From Candidatus Entotheonellaceae bacterium (GTDB lineage: Bacteria > Tectomicrobia > Entotheonellia > Entotheonellales > Entotheonellaceae), in NCBI GenBank assembly GCA_965238075.1, contig OZ250173.1:2176001-2240000 (forward strand): a stretch of DNA of 64,000 nucleotides. Direction: 5' to 3'. Below are positions 48,339 to 58,628 of this stretch, one piece after another (the first letter of the stretch is position 1; each line of letters opens with the position of its first letter). The notes under the pieces were generated by a model, which was given only the letters and a program-made list of their open reading frames with translations, had not been told where the DNA came from and searched no databases. The position numbers and the translations under genes were made by a program.

Positions 48339-51152
48339 TCACACGTCGTCCCCACTGCGCGTGACCGCTTGGTCGTACCACATGAGGAGCTTGGGGTCCT
48401 CCTGCAGGATGCTTTCGGGTATCTTGCGGGCCACGGCGATGATCGTGGCGTAGTCGCGCTCTTGCCACGCCTTCTTGAAGCCGGTCCGGACGGCTTCAAG
48501 GCGAAACACCCTCAGGCGTTTCTGTTGGGATTCCCGATACTCGTCGAACTCCCGCATCAGCGCCCGTTCGCGCAACTTCTCCAGATCACTGGCCTTGTTT
48601 GGATCGGGCACGTACCAGCGGTTCCGGGCTTTGGCCTTGAGCGCTGGGTCGGTCTTCTCCAGGTTGCGCAGGTCTCTGAAGTTGGAGGAGAGGTAGCTGT
48701 GAATCGGGCTGGGCACTTCGTCCCTGCCGTCGTAGCGCAGGAAATTCTCTGCAAGCAGGGCGGAAAGCTCCAGGACCGTTTCATGCTTCTGCCAGCCGCC
48801 GAGTTCTTTCAAGAATTGCGGGTGGAGGTCCTGGAAGGTCTGCGGCTTCCTGGTGAGTTGCTGCCTGAGCCACTGGATGGCCGACGCCTCATCGGAGACG
48901 AAAAGCTGGAGTTGGAGGACCTCTTTGACCGTCATGTGCTTCTTGTCGTACTCCGCGGCCTGGTCGGGTAGGAAATACATGCCGTCACGTGGAGGAAATC
49001 GCTGTTCCAGACCGGCGTAAAACTCGGCAGCAGATAGGGGAACCGTCACGCCGCGCTGGACGTGGAAGGCCACCATGCGGTCGAAGAGGAGAAAATCCTG
49101 GCGCTCTGCGACTGTCTCCGCCTGACCATCCTTCGAAATGAATATAGGGAGTTGCTTCATGTGTGTTCTGACAAAGTCCCAAACGCCCTCTTCAGTGCCT
49201 GATTCTAGGCGGAAGCGTTCCTCAAGGCCACCATTTGGCTTATATGCAGAAATAACAAGATCTTGCTTGACAGCGGTTGGTGTCATAACTGCCTTGAATG
49301 AGTGTTGCTTTTTATCGAGCGATGAAACGTTGGCCACAACGAAGCCACTTTGCTCTAGTGCAGCCTGAATCGCATTCCATACTGATGCCCTTGTATTCGA
49401 GAATTCCACCGTCAGCCATCTACCTGGCTTTAAGATGCGGTAATACTCTGAGAAACTCCGCTCCATGAGTTCACGGTAATTATCTATACTCTTTCCCTGA
49501 GACGTGCTCACAATCGCTTCGGCCTTCTGATTTGTTACTGTTCCTAACAATCCTTCCCAGAAAAAATTCAATTCGGAGTAATCGAAGTTATGGCCAAATG
49601 GAGGATCGGTGAATACGTAATCCACTATGGAATTCTGGATTTGCCGAAGATTTCCAGTATCTTGGGTGCTTATAACATGGTCTCTCTGGGGATCGACGGG
49701 TGGAGTTAAGCTGTTGGCAATCGTTGATGCATTGCGTCGAAAAGTCTTCAAAACGTGTAGCGGTGTAATCAAAGAGCTGACGTACAAAGTTCCCGATAGC
49801 GGTCCACCCCCTTTTCTATCAGCACGAAACCGTCTCATCCTTGACATGTAAGGCAAGGAAGCAGTAAGGCAAAAGAGCAGCATCTGACTTAGATTGTTAT
49901 CAGGATGACTCTGTATCTGATGCAGTAGAGCAGCGACGAACAGATGCTCGCGTGGAGTGAAGAACTGATGTAGATGAGTAATGCCAATTGGAGCATTGCG
50001 CTGAGTTTCTTTGCCGTCGATTAGGGCGACCGATGGTAGGCCATGAGAGCGAAGAAGGTTGGAAGCAGTATCGATGCGCTGCCTATCTTGGTCATCGAGT
50101 AATTTCTCGTATCTTGTTGACCCTATGCTGTAGTTAATGAGAACGGGTGCGATCCTAATGTGACGGATGGCCTGTTTGAGGACTGGATCAAAGCTAGTCG
50201 TATGTACTGGTTCCCATTTTGATTCTTGAACCAAGGCATTGCAGTGAGGGCACTTCAAATTTGACCGAAAGGAATCGTTTTGCTCATCCACAGCCACGGT
50301 GTAGAGCGTGGTTTCAGTGGTGCATTCAGGACATCTGACAACATCAGAGTAGAGCGTGAATTCAACGGTACCTAGCTGATCACCTTGACGTTGATAATGT
50401 GTGTGCTCAACTCTCTTCCTATCGCGTACCTTCCAGCCATTGTGGTTGGCCAAGTATAGATGGCCAATCTTGGCCTCAATATCGGCACATATTTTCTCAA
50501 CGGCTGCCAGAAAATCTCCTCGACAAACTGGGCGAAGCAAGTTACTTGCGATGAACGTGGCGATAGGCGACAGGTCCGAAAGGATTGCCCAGCGTTGTCC
50601 CATCGAGGAACTTGTATCAGTGAGCGCCTTGACTTTGCTGGGGTTTTTACACAAGGCCGCTGCCACGCCGGTCATCCCCGTTCCGCAGAATCCGTCAAAA
50701 ACGATATCCCCCGGCTCAGTGTAATGGAGGATGTACCGCATGATGGCCTTGTGCGGAACCTTGGTGTGATAGGAGTGAGCGTTGTAGATCGGATCGTTCT
50801 TCCCTTCGCTTACGTCCGAGGCAAATGGTTCTTTGCTGTAGGGTTCAGCTGGATCGTACGGCTTCCCGTGGTGCTTGATGAAATCCTCAATAAATGGATT
50901 CGGGCAGGCCGTGTAGTACGGCGGATCGGACAAGGCCAGGATGTCCTCGTCCGTACCAATCGGGAATCCTTCGATTTTGCGGAACTCGGGATCTTTGAGT
51001 CTCTCGCGTAGTTTTTCCAGAAAATACTCCCGGCGTTTCTCATCGTTTTCGAAGGCCATGCCCAGACATTCCACCGGCCCCTGCGGCTTGACGGAGGGGG
51101 CTTCCGGGAACAGGGACGAGTTGTCGCCATGGTCAGCCGTCTTTGTCCTCAC
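48339..51152 (-). CDS. pglXI: BREX-3 DNA methyltransferase PglXI
   Basis: LSDPPYYTACPNP, HSYHTKVPHKAI, DGFCGTGMTG, FTDPPF, WYVPDPNKASDLEKLR. Confidence 0.9.
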   Translation of the reverse strand: MRTKTADHGDNSSLFPEAPSVKPQGPVECLGMAFENDEKRREYFLEKLRERLKDPEFRKIEGFPIGTDEDILALSDPPYYTACPNPFIEDFIKHHGKPYDPAEPYSKEPFASDVSEGKNDPIYNAHSYHTKVPHKAIMRYILHYTEPGDIVFDGFCGTGMTGVAAALCKNPSKVKALTDTSSSMGQRWAILSDLSPIATFIASNLLRPVCRGDFLAAVEKICADIEAKIGHLYLANHNGWKVRDRKRVEHTHYQRQGDQLGTVEFTLYSDVVRCPECTTETTLYTVAVDEQNDSFRSNLKCPHCNALVQESKWEPVHTTSFDPVLKQAIRHIRIAPVLINYSIGSTRYEKLLDDQDRQRIDTASNLLRSHGLPSVALIDGKETQRNAPIGITHLHQFFTPREHLFVAALLHQIQSHPDNNLSQMLLFCLTASLPYMSRMRRFRADRKGGGPLSGTLYVSSLITPLHVLKTFRRNASTIANSLTPPVDPQRDHVISTQDTGNLRQIQNSIVDYVFTDPPFGHNFDYSELNFFWEGLLGTVTNQKAEAIVSTSQGKSIDNYRELMERSFSEYYRILKPGRWLTVEFSNTRASVWNAIQAALEQSGFVVANVSSLDKKQHSFKAVMTPTAVKQDLVISAYKPNGGLEERFRLESGTEEGVWDFVRTHMKQLPIFISKDGQAETVAERQDFLLFDRMVAFHVQRGVTVPLSAAEFYAGLEQRFPPRDGMYFLPDQAAEYDKKHMTVKEVLQLQLFVSDEASAIQWLRQQLTRKPQTFQDLHPQFLKELGGWQKHETVLELSALLAENFLRYDGRDEVPSPIHSYLSSNFRDLRNLEKTDPALKAKARNRWYVPDPNKASDLEKLRERALMREFDEYRESQQKRLRVFRLEAVRTGFKKAWQERDYATIIAVARKIPESILQEDPKLLMWYDQAVTRSGDDV

Positions 51153-51153
51153 T

Positions 51154-53007
51154 TCAGTCGTTTTCTCCCGACATGCGCCGTGCCTTCAGTTGGGCTCCCG
51201 CTTCTGTAATGACATATTGCTGGTTCGACGCCCGGGGATTCTCCGGGTTGGTCATAATTACAATCCCGGACTGAATCAGCGGATCGAGATGGTGTTCCTT
51301 GAAATAACCCCGGTTGGTCACGCCAAGGGCTTCCAGAATCTCGGCCAGACGGCGGGGCACGTCGCATAAGTCGATGATTCTCCAGTGGGTCGCAGACAAT
51401 TCTGTCAACGGCCGAACTTGTCCAGTGGACAAGTCATTGGCATATCCCTCAACTTGTGCAGTGGACAAGTCGGGCTGCGCGGACTGAACTTGTGCAGTGA
51501 CCAAGTCCTCACCCCGCACTTCTGGTTGGTCAGTTTGACGAAACCGGCCCTCCAGATGCTCGGCCAGAGCGTACTTTCTGCCGGCTTCGATGGTTCTGAA
51601 GAGCACTTTTGTGACCAGTGCATCGGCAAGCGCTACGGCGTCCGGTCCTGCCAGACCCGTTATGGCCTTGATCTGCGGAAGCGTGATCGCCTTTTCCCGG
51701 CAGCCGGCAGCAAATACTCTTGCCTGTTCATCAGTAAGTTGTACCCCGAGACTGGCCTGGAAAAGAACCTGTTGCTCCGACAGAAGCTCTTCTTTTTTCA
51801 GGACGAGTTCAAAGCATTTATTCGCCTTGATGTTAGCGATGGTGGGTGGAACGTGGCCTAATTGCTGCCAGTTTCGGAAGACGTCGCGCAGGCCCCACCC
51901 GGCATTCTCGCTCAGGCCGATGCGCCGGAAGGCGGTCACGATCCGGGAATTGCGAACCTCCTTTTCGCCGGGTTCGAGCAGGTCGGTATCGGTGGCAAAG
52001 GCATCACCGGGATTCCAGAAAACAGTCTGGTCGGCATAGTGGCGAATATCTGCCTTGCGGGAGTGATCGGCGTAATCCTGGTGGATGAGAAGGTTGACCA
52101 TTGATTCGCGAAAGGCGCGGTAGTCCGGCGGCGCATCGTCACGCTGTAAGGATGTCGGATCAATCCGGAACGGTTGATCCGCAAATCGTTGATACCAATC
52201 AATAAGGGCCTGCCATGTGCGGATGAGATTTTCGTCCAGAACGCGGCGGTCGATCCAGCGTTCGCCGGTATCGGCCCTGTCACGCTCCAGCGAAAATCGC
52301 TGGCAATCCACGACGGGCCGCGGCAAAAGTTGTCGGAAGGTTGCATTGGCGCCGAAGAGAAGAATCGCCGCGCGGGATGGGAGTACTTGGCCGTGCTCTT
52401 CAACAAGCAGACCCATCTCCTTGAGGAAGTCCGTGTCGGGCAGTGTCGCATAGGAGCGATTTCCCGGACGTCCCTCATAGACCGCCCGGTACCACCTGAT
52501 GCTGTCCGAATCGAACGCAGTATCCAGGTTGAAGGCAACGGATTGGCCGTCATAGCGTTCCACCGCCGCGTCCATGAGGAATCGATTGCGCTCGTTGTCC
52601 GAGCAGCGAATGTCGCTCCCTCCACTACGAATATAGGCTTGGCCAATGTTGCCGTTAAGGAAGACGGGTTTTTCCGAGCGGCGGACTTCCGGCACGAAGA
52701 AGATGAGTAGGTCTGACCCTTCATATTCCTGTAGTTCTTCCCGTACGTCCACGATGACACTCAGCTTCTGGCGGTCTCGCAGCGTTGTCAGGAACTCATT
52801 CTGAACCTTGTCAACGTCAAGAACGCCGACGACCTTGAAGTCTTGTCCGTTTTTCCTGACACCGAACACAAGATGGCCGCCGTCGGTGTTTGCAAACGCG
52901 GATACCGTCTCATAGGCATTGCGCGGCACGGCGCGTTGCGCTTCCTTGAACTCGACGTCACGCCATTCATGCGCACTGAGCAGTTCGATCAGTTCATCCT
53001 GCGTCAT
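51154..53007 (-). CDS. AlbA_2/Schlafen-domain plus HATPase_c-like (RecG-C-type) protein with C-terminal wHTH
   Basis: [46 protein letters not shown]...[19 protein letters not shown]. Confidence 0.85.
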   Translation of the reverse strand: MTQDELIELLSAHEWRDVEFKEAQRAVPRNAYETVSAFANTDGGHLVFGVRKNGQDFKVVGVLDVDKVQNEFLTTLRDRQKLSVIVDVREELQEYEGSDLLIFFVPEVRRSEKPVFLNGNIGQAYIRSGGSDIRCSDNERNRFLMDAAVERYDGQSVAFNLDTAFDSDSIRWYRAVYEGRPGNRSYATLPDTDFLKEMGLLVEEHGQVLPSRAAILLFGANATFRQLLPRPVVDCQRFSLERDRADTGERWIDRRVLDENLIRTWQALIDWYQRFADQPFRIDPTSLQRDDAPPDYRAFRESMVNLLIHQDYADHSRKADIRHYADQTVFWNPGDAFATDTDLLEPGEKEVRNSRIVTAFRRIGLSENAGWGLRDVFRNWQQLGHVPPTIANIKANKCFELVLKKEELLSEQQVLFQASLGVQLTDEQARVFAAGCREKAITLPQIKAITGLAGPDAVALADALVTKVLFRTIEAGRKYALAEHLEGRFRQTDQPEVRGEDLVTAQVQSAQPDLSTAQVEGYANDLSTGQVRPLTELSATHWRIIDLCDVPRRLAEILEALGVTNRGYFKEHHLDPLIQSGIVIMTNPENPRASNQQYVITEAGAQLKARRMSGEND

Positions 53008-56000
53008 GCGTCCACTCCAGCACGATCCGCACTTTGCCCGGCTCTTTGCCCTTGGTGAGTTCGTCCAGGTACGCCTCGAAACGTTTCTTCATTTCTGCCG
53101 GCGTTGCCGGTGACCCGCCGGAGAGCAGGGCGTCGCGCAGGGCAGCAGCCTTGACCGGCACCTTCTGGAGACCGGAAAGCGCCTCGCTCAGGGCGTGGAT
53201 GAAGTCCTGGTCGAGTTCGTCCGGCAGGGCCTGTTTCTTCATGAAGCCGTTTACCAGTTCCTTGGACTCGGGCCTGAGCAGGTCCAGGTTGTCCTTGGTG
53301 GTCGGGTCCTCCAGGTTGGTCAGCAGCGTCCGGGTCCAACTGGCCACCAACCCGTCCATCTCGTCGTCCAAACCGTCCAGCACCGTTCCAACGGGTGCAG
53401 CGGGTGGTTCTGCGCCGGGCTTGTAGCTACAGTGCGGGCAGAGGGGTGAGGCGCCCATTTCCTGCTCCGTCAGAGCAAAACAACTTTCCAGTCCGGCCAG
53501 ACGGTTTTGAAAGTCGGTCAGGTGCTGCCGCGGCATCAACTCGATGGCGGACAGCTTCTGCAATATCTTGAACCGCTCGTCACCCATGAGTGCGGTCTTG
53601 CGCCTGTCTTCATTCACGCCCAGCCGCGCCTTGGTGTGCAGGTCCAAGTAAGTTTGTACATAGGCTTTCTTAAGGCTGGCCAGTTTGCGCCGGGCCACGC
53701 CGTGACTATCCGGGGCACCGAGTTGGCTGAGAACCTCATGCCGCCCCGATTTCATCTTGTGTGCCCACTCGTGTTCCGTGGGTAACGTCACCTCGGCGGT
53801 GGAAAGAAACGATGCGGTGGGGCCCAGGTCCGTCACCAGTTCCCGGAGAGATTCAATTTCAGCCAAGGAATTGAGGCCTTCCCGATGGGAGGCAACTTGC
53901 TGAACGTTGTAACCGAAATTCTTGAGCCTGCCGGGTGAGTTAAAAGCCTGGAGTGATTCCAGGAAAATCTTGGTTTCGTCAAGCCGGGCGCGGCGCTTCT
54001 GTGTCTCTTCCTCGGACAGGAGGTTACGCCCCCAGAAACTCAGACCGTTTTGCAGGCTCTGTTGCACGAGCACAAGCTTTTCCACCCGCTTGGCGATGAC
54101 CGTCTGGAGTTCCTGAACAATATCTTCGTCCCCTTGGACGACCACCTGTGCCATACCCGGCGCAAGTCCGAGCAGCTCGAACAGCGCCCTGAGCGCCGGC
54201 AGGTTCCAGTTCTTGGGCTGCTCGATATGTTTGAATTGCGCGAGTTCGTCCACGCTGATTCCTGCCAGTTGCGGCAGACTGGTGGCGTCGAACTTCTTGC
54301 CCGATATGGCGAGAACCAGATCACCGGAATAAACCAGGGCCGCCAGTACAACCGCAACCCATTCGGGCTCCAGACGCTGCCGGTCCTTGTCCATATATTC
54401 CACGCTGTTGTCGTCCTGGATCAACTCGGAGCGATTGACCACTTGGCCGTGGCCTTTCCTTGTCAGCAGGCCGAGGATGTACTTGGCGTACTTCGAATTG
54501 CCGGGGTCGAGTCGTTCACCATCGAGCAGTTCCAGGGCATCAAGCACCGCCCGCGCTTGTCTGGTGCGGTTCTGGCCGGCGATGGCGCGCAGGGCGTCCT
54601 GCGCCGCCTGTTCCCGGTTGGCGCCAGTGATGAGTACCGAGAAGGAGGGATATTCAGGTGCCCGATTCTGGAAGTGTGTTTCCAGGCAGATGCCGGCGAT
54701 GGTGTTAACCAGGTCGCGGAAGTTGATGCGCTCGTGAGGACCGATGCCGGACAGGTCCCGGATTGACTTGCCCTTGGCCCATTCGGTGAGCGGCCTGGTG
54801 CGGCCCTGGTAGGTGACTTCAAAGGCGTCGGCCATGTGTTTTTGCAGCCACTGAACCAGGGTCCGCAGAAAATGGGATGACCTGGACTCGTAGGTCGACT
54901 TGGCGTGCCCTGACGAGGTAGAGGCCAAGTCCAGGGCCGCGGCGTAATGTCTGAGTGCGGTGAGGAATTCATCGTCCCGGTTGGTGAGCCGCAGGAGCAA
55001 TTCGTCGGCGTTCTGTTCATCCTTGAAATGCGGTGTATCGAAGGGCTGGACGAAATAGAGGTAAAAGTCTCGCCGGGGAACGGCGGTGGAACGTTCATTG
55101 GGTGCGCCGAAAAAGAGGTATCCCTGGCGTGCGGCCTTCCGCTCCAGCCACTCCAATTCATGCTGCCAGATCTTGTAGCCGGTCACGTAGGTCTTTTGGT
55201 CCGCACATTCCATGACCCGTTTCAGGGCCTCATAGTAGTAACGGTCAAGTTGGGAGGCGTCGAGGCTCTCGGCGCGGTTTTCGATCAGCGCGTCGAAGTC
55301 GTCCGTCTTTTTCAGGTCGAGATAGAACTGTTGGTTGTCCGGGTTCGATGAGATGAATTGTCCGCTGACCGTCTTATGGATTGCTTGCAGGACGGTCTCC
55401 ACTTGGGAAAGCAGGTCGTAAGCCGGATCGCCGCCCAGGTCCTCGATGCCGGGTTGATAGAGGCAGAGCCCGTCGCGCAGTTCCCTTGCCGTTGCGCCCA
55501 GGGTGGCATGGATATCGCCGGTGGTAAGCCGGTGCACCGACAGGGCATGGATGAGCCGCAGCGCCATGGGCTTGTATGCCGGGCGGGTGAAAGCTTGCTG
55601 GATGCGTGACTCCAGCACTTGGCTGCAGTCGATGACTGCCCTGATATCCGGAACAGCACGGAACGAAGGATTGTCTCGGAGGTTGGACCAGTACGTGTCG
55701 TAGGCAATGAGCCCGGGTTGGTCGTCCGGCACGTCCTGGTCAAGCAGCCTTTTCATGGCCAGCGACAGGGTTTTCAGCGCCTCGCGTTTCTCCACGACCG
55801 TCACCCGTTCAAAGGTGTCGATATAGTCGGGATGCACCGGGAACAGACGGACGAACTCATCCATACGCTCGTTCATGTCGCCGTAGAACTTGGCGAAGGG
55901 CGTCAGATACCCGCGTATCCTGGCCTGTTGCTCGCCGGTCTTCTTGAGAAGCCGTTCAGCCACCACGAATTTGACGTCTTTGTGGGCGATGAGAACCTGC

Positions 56001-56725
56001 TCGAAGCGATCCTTCACCCGTCGGATGCTGTCGGCCACGAAGGAAAAACGCGGGCTGTCAAAGATGGCTTCCTGTACACCGGCCATGAAGCGGAAGCGCA
56101 GGTCCCTGCAGACCTCGCCGATTTCGCGGAGGAAGTTCAGGTCCAGGATGAGTTCCTGATCCTTGCGGGTACGCAGATAATCAAGCAGCTCGTCCACTGC
56201 GAGAAGCAGGCCGTGGTCCGGAAACGTTTGGTGGAAAGCGGTCATCATCTCTTCGAAAGCGTGCTTGCTGCCGGATACCTGGTCGATGGTGGGGAAGCTG
56301 TAGCTTACGCCCATCGCTGCCAGGTGTTCTTCCAACTCGGCCACAAGGATGTCCCGCAGAGACATGGTGGTGGCTCCGATCTCGGTACGGATCACCCTGA
56401 ACCGGCCGCCGATTTTTCCGGCAGTATCCGCCACGGCAGCGTTGTTGAGGCTGGTGGCGAGGTCGGGATTCTCCGCCAGCGCGGAAATTACCGACATGAG
56501 ATGGGACTTCCCGGTGCCGTAGTTGCCGACTACCAGAAGGCCCTTGTTATCGGTGGGCTGATCGAACTGTAGCTGGGGGATCACCAATTCCACCAGCCTT
56601 TCCGCCATCTCCTCGGAGACGACGTAGGTCTCGACAAGTTGTCGGGCTGCAGTTGTTGTGTCGGCGTCCCGCAACTGGACCACGGATTCGATAGGTCCAA
56701 ACTGGATCAGGTCACCGTATTTCAT
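52994..56725 (-). CDS. brxC: BREX-3 ATPase BrxC (DUF6079)
   Basis: [55 protein letters not shown]. Confidence 0.92.
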   Translation of the reverse strand: MKYGDLIQFGPIESVVQLRDADTTTAARQLVETYVVSEEMAERLVELVIPQLQFDQPTDNKGLLVVGNYGTGKSHLMSVISALAENPDLATSLNNAAVADTAGKIGGRFRVIRTEIGATTMSLRDILVAELEEHLAAMGVSYSFPTIDQVSGSKHAFEEMMTAFHQTFPDHGLLLAVDELLDYLRTRKDQELILDLNFLREIGEVCRDLRFRFMAGVQEAIFDSPRFSFVADSIRRVKDRFEQVLIAHKDVKFVVAERLLKKTGEQQARIRGYLTPFAKFYGDMNERMDEFVRLFPVHPDYIDTFERVTVVEKREALKTLSLAMKRLLDQDVPDDQPGLIAYDTYWSNLRDNPSFRAVPDIRAVIDCSQVLESRIQQAFTRPAYKPMALRLIHALSVHRLTTGDIHATLGATARELRDGLCLYQPGIEDLGGDPAYDLLSQVETVLQAIHKTVSGQFISSNPDNQQFYLDLKKTDDFDALIENRAESLDASQLDRYYYEALKRVMECADQKTYVTGYKIWQHELEWLERKAARQGYLFFGAPNERSTAVPRRDFYLYFVQPFDTPHFKDEQNADELLLRLTNRDDEFLTALRHYAAALDLASTSSGHAKSTYESRSSHFLRTLVQWLQKHMADAFEVTYQGRTRPLTEWAKGKSIRDLSGIGPHERINFRDLVNTIAGICLETHFQNRAPEYPSFSVLITGANREQAAQDALRAIAGQNRTRQARAVLDALELLDGERLDPGNSKYAKYILGLLTRKGHGQVVNRSELIQDDNSVEYMDKDRQRLEPEWVAVVLAALVYSGDLVLAISGKKFDATSLPQLAGISVDELAQFKHIEQPKNWNLPALRALFELLGLAPGMAQVVVQGDEDIVQELQTVIAKRVEKLVLVQQSLQNGLSFWGRNLLSEEETQKRRARLDETKIFLESLQAFNSPGRLKNFGYNVQQVASHREGLNSLAEIESLRELVTDLGPTASFLSTAEVTLPTEHEWAHKMKSGRHEVLSQLGAPDSHGVARRKLASLKKAYVQTYLDLHTKARLGVNEDRRKTALMGDERFKILQKLSAIELMPRQHLTDFQNRLAGLESCFALTEQEMGASPLCPHCSYKPGAEPPAAPVGTVLDGLDDEMDGLVASWTRTLLTNLEDPTTKDNLDLLRPESKELVNGFMKKQALPDELDQDFIHALSEALSGLQKVPVKAAALRDALLSGGSPATPAEMKKRFEAYLDELTKGKEPGKVRIVLEWTHDAG

Positions 56726-56759
56726 CGCACCTATTCTCTTGCAACGGAGTTTGTTGTCT

Positions 56760-57239
56760 TCATGTCGTCGCCTCCGGGCTTACTGCCAGAATATCACGCA
56801 TTGGATAGCGTCTGTATTCCGGATGGGCCGGAACGGCATAGGTCAAAGAATCGTCAACGATGGCGCCGTTCCATGCAGCCACCACGGTCCTGTTGCGGGA
56901 AAGTCCCTGAAGCAGCCGAAGCGGGTCCTGTTTCAGGCCAACGTCGAAGATAACTTCAATGTTGTCGAGCAGGATCATCTCGCCGCCACTATTGCCGGCG
57001 ACCTCTTGAAGGAGATGAGGTAGCTGTATGGCCCGCTGACGCTTGGTCAATTCCAGCATCCGGCGAGAAAGCTCGAGGGTGACATTGACCAGGGGTGCAC
57101 CGGTGCGCACTTGTACTTCCTGAAGCGTAGCGGTCTTGCCGGTGCCCGCTGGTGCAATGAGCAGTATCAACCGATGATAGAGTTCGGCGGTTTGCTTGGC
57201 CTTGCACATGATCTGGTCTGCAAGGGGTTCCGCCATCAC
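56760..57239 (-). CDS. brxF: BREX-3 P-loop protein BrxF
   Basis: [53 protein letters not shown]. Confidence 0.92.
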   Translation of the reverse strand: MMAEPLADQIMCKAKQTAELYHRLILLIAPAGTGKTATLQEVQVRTGAPLVNVTLELSRRMLELTKRQRAIQLPHLLQEVAGNSGGEMILLDNIEVIFDVGLKQDPLRLLQGLSRNRTVVAAWNGAIVDDSLTYAVPAHPEYRRYPMRDILAVSPEATT

Positions 57240-57248
57240 GCTTTTCCT

Positions 57249-57878
57249 TCACTTGACCCGGTAGAAGAAATACGTGCCGGAGGGACAGCGGGTACCGGTG
57301 GTAGGGCCGGGCGGGGTGTATTGGAGAAGGGCTGCTCGGCGGCGCTCGCTGAAGCCGCGGATGGTCAGGCTGCCGGCGGGTTCGATGCCGCAGGTTTCGC
57401 TGGCGGCAGATCGGTCGCGGCGGCCTTGGGGATGCAGCGGCGTGATCCACTGGCCTTCGTTGACGTAAACCACGTCGCCGACCGCCCAGCGCTTGCCGGC
57501 TGCGGTCATGATCTGGGGTCCGTTGCCGTCGAGAATGGCCTTGGCGTCGGCTGTCAGCACCTTGATCTGATCAGCGGCGCCGATCTCGTCCGGCGAGGCG
57601 GCGAAGTCGGCGAGGGTCTTGGTGGATTTGACGGTCAGGTAGCCGAGGTCCTCGAGGCGCTGGCCCACTTCTTCGAGGCGCTGCAACGGCCCCACGGACA
57701 CCATGACGACGAGGACAACCGCCGTCAGTCCCAACACCCCGCCGACCAGGGCCGCGACCCGTGCCACCGGGTCCATTCCGGTCGATGCCGCTCCCGATTC
57801 GGCCTGCCCTGGACGCCCAAGCACGCCCGCCAGCAGCGCCCCGACGATACCGATTATGGCAACGACAATGGTTTCCAT
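57249..57878 (-). CDS. Hypothetical membrane-anchored protein
   Basis: GGAGG RBS, two N-terminal hydrophobic segments, Cys pair near the C-terminus. Confidence 0.6.
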   Translation of the reverse strand: METIVVAIIGIVGALLAGVLGRPGQAESGAASTGMDPVARVAALVGGVLGLTAVVLVVMVSVGPLQRLEEVGQRLEDLGYLTVKSTKTLADFAASPDEIGAADQIKVLTADAKAILDGNGPQIMTAAGKRWAVGDVVYVNEGQWITPLHPQGRRDRSAASETCGIEPAGSLTIRGFSERRRAALLQYTPPGPTTGTRCPSGTYFFYRVK

Positions 57879-57934
57879 TCACCTGCCTCCCTTCAATTTA
57901 GTCCCGTATAATCCCGCGCCTTTGATTCGCCGGG

Positions 57935-58183
57935 TCAGGCCACCTGATGAAACCTTGCCACGGACACCCGCCTCGTCTCCGCGAATCCTTCTCGATGAAG
58001 CTTGATGCGTTCGATCTCGTGCAGCGTCTCGGCCGTGAAGTAGCTTTCACCACAGTTTGGGCACGAGATCAACGGAATCCCTTCAATCACCAGCAGGTCC
58101 TTGCCAGAACCATAGCTGCGGGAGATGGGGCGGATTCGGGCTTCCTGCTCTCCGCAATTGTCACACTTCAGTTTGTTCATCAT
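57935..58183 (-). CDS. YgiT/MqsA-type zinc-finger antitoxin
   Basis: CDNCG...LLVIEGIP..SCPNCGESYFTAETL. Confidence 0.88.
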   Translation of the reverse strand: MMNKLKCDNCGEQEARIRPISRSYGSGKDLLVIEGIPLISCPNCGESYFTAETLHEIERIKLHREGFAETRRVSVARFHQVA

Positions 58184-58460
58184 GAACCCACGCCGTTATC
58201 ACAACGAGTTTGTCTGTAGTTCCCAGCTTGCTAACGACCACGATCTGACGTCCATCTACGGCACGCCCGCGGACCGAGTACTTCCGTTCTCGGGTCGTTT
58301 GATCACGTTGCCGCTCGATGATTTCTCCAGTGAGAATCGCCCGCTCCACGTCAAATGCGGACAGTGTATCTTCGTCAAGTTCATCTAAGGCATGGAGCGT
58401 GACGACGTACCGGCGTTCACGGATTCGAGCTCTGAAGCGTTCAAGGATTCTCGGGTACAA
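58161..58460 (-). CDS. DUF4258 (RelE-like) toxin
   Basis: YVVTLHALDELDED...AILTGEIIE...KLVVITAW. Confidence 0.85.
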   Translation of the reverse strand: MYPRILERFRARIRERRYVVTLHALDELDEDTLSAFDVERAILTGEIIERQRDQTTRERKYSVRGRAVDGRQIVVVSKLGTTDKLVVITAWVHDEQTEV

Positions 58461-58628
58461 CCTGCCTGATCTCGCTCACGCAACGAGCCACCGACCAAAT
58501 GCTGATACCTTCTCGTTGCGATTTTCTTTAGCCGTATCGTAAGGAACGACCGCCCTGCCTGGACAGGCAACTGTGGCGGGAGACACGGGGCGTGTCAAGG
58601 GTTGGCGTGCCGGTGGAAGCCGGCGGTG

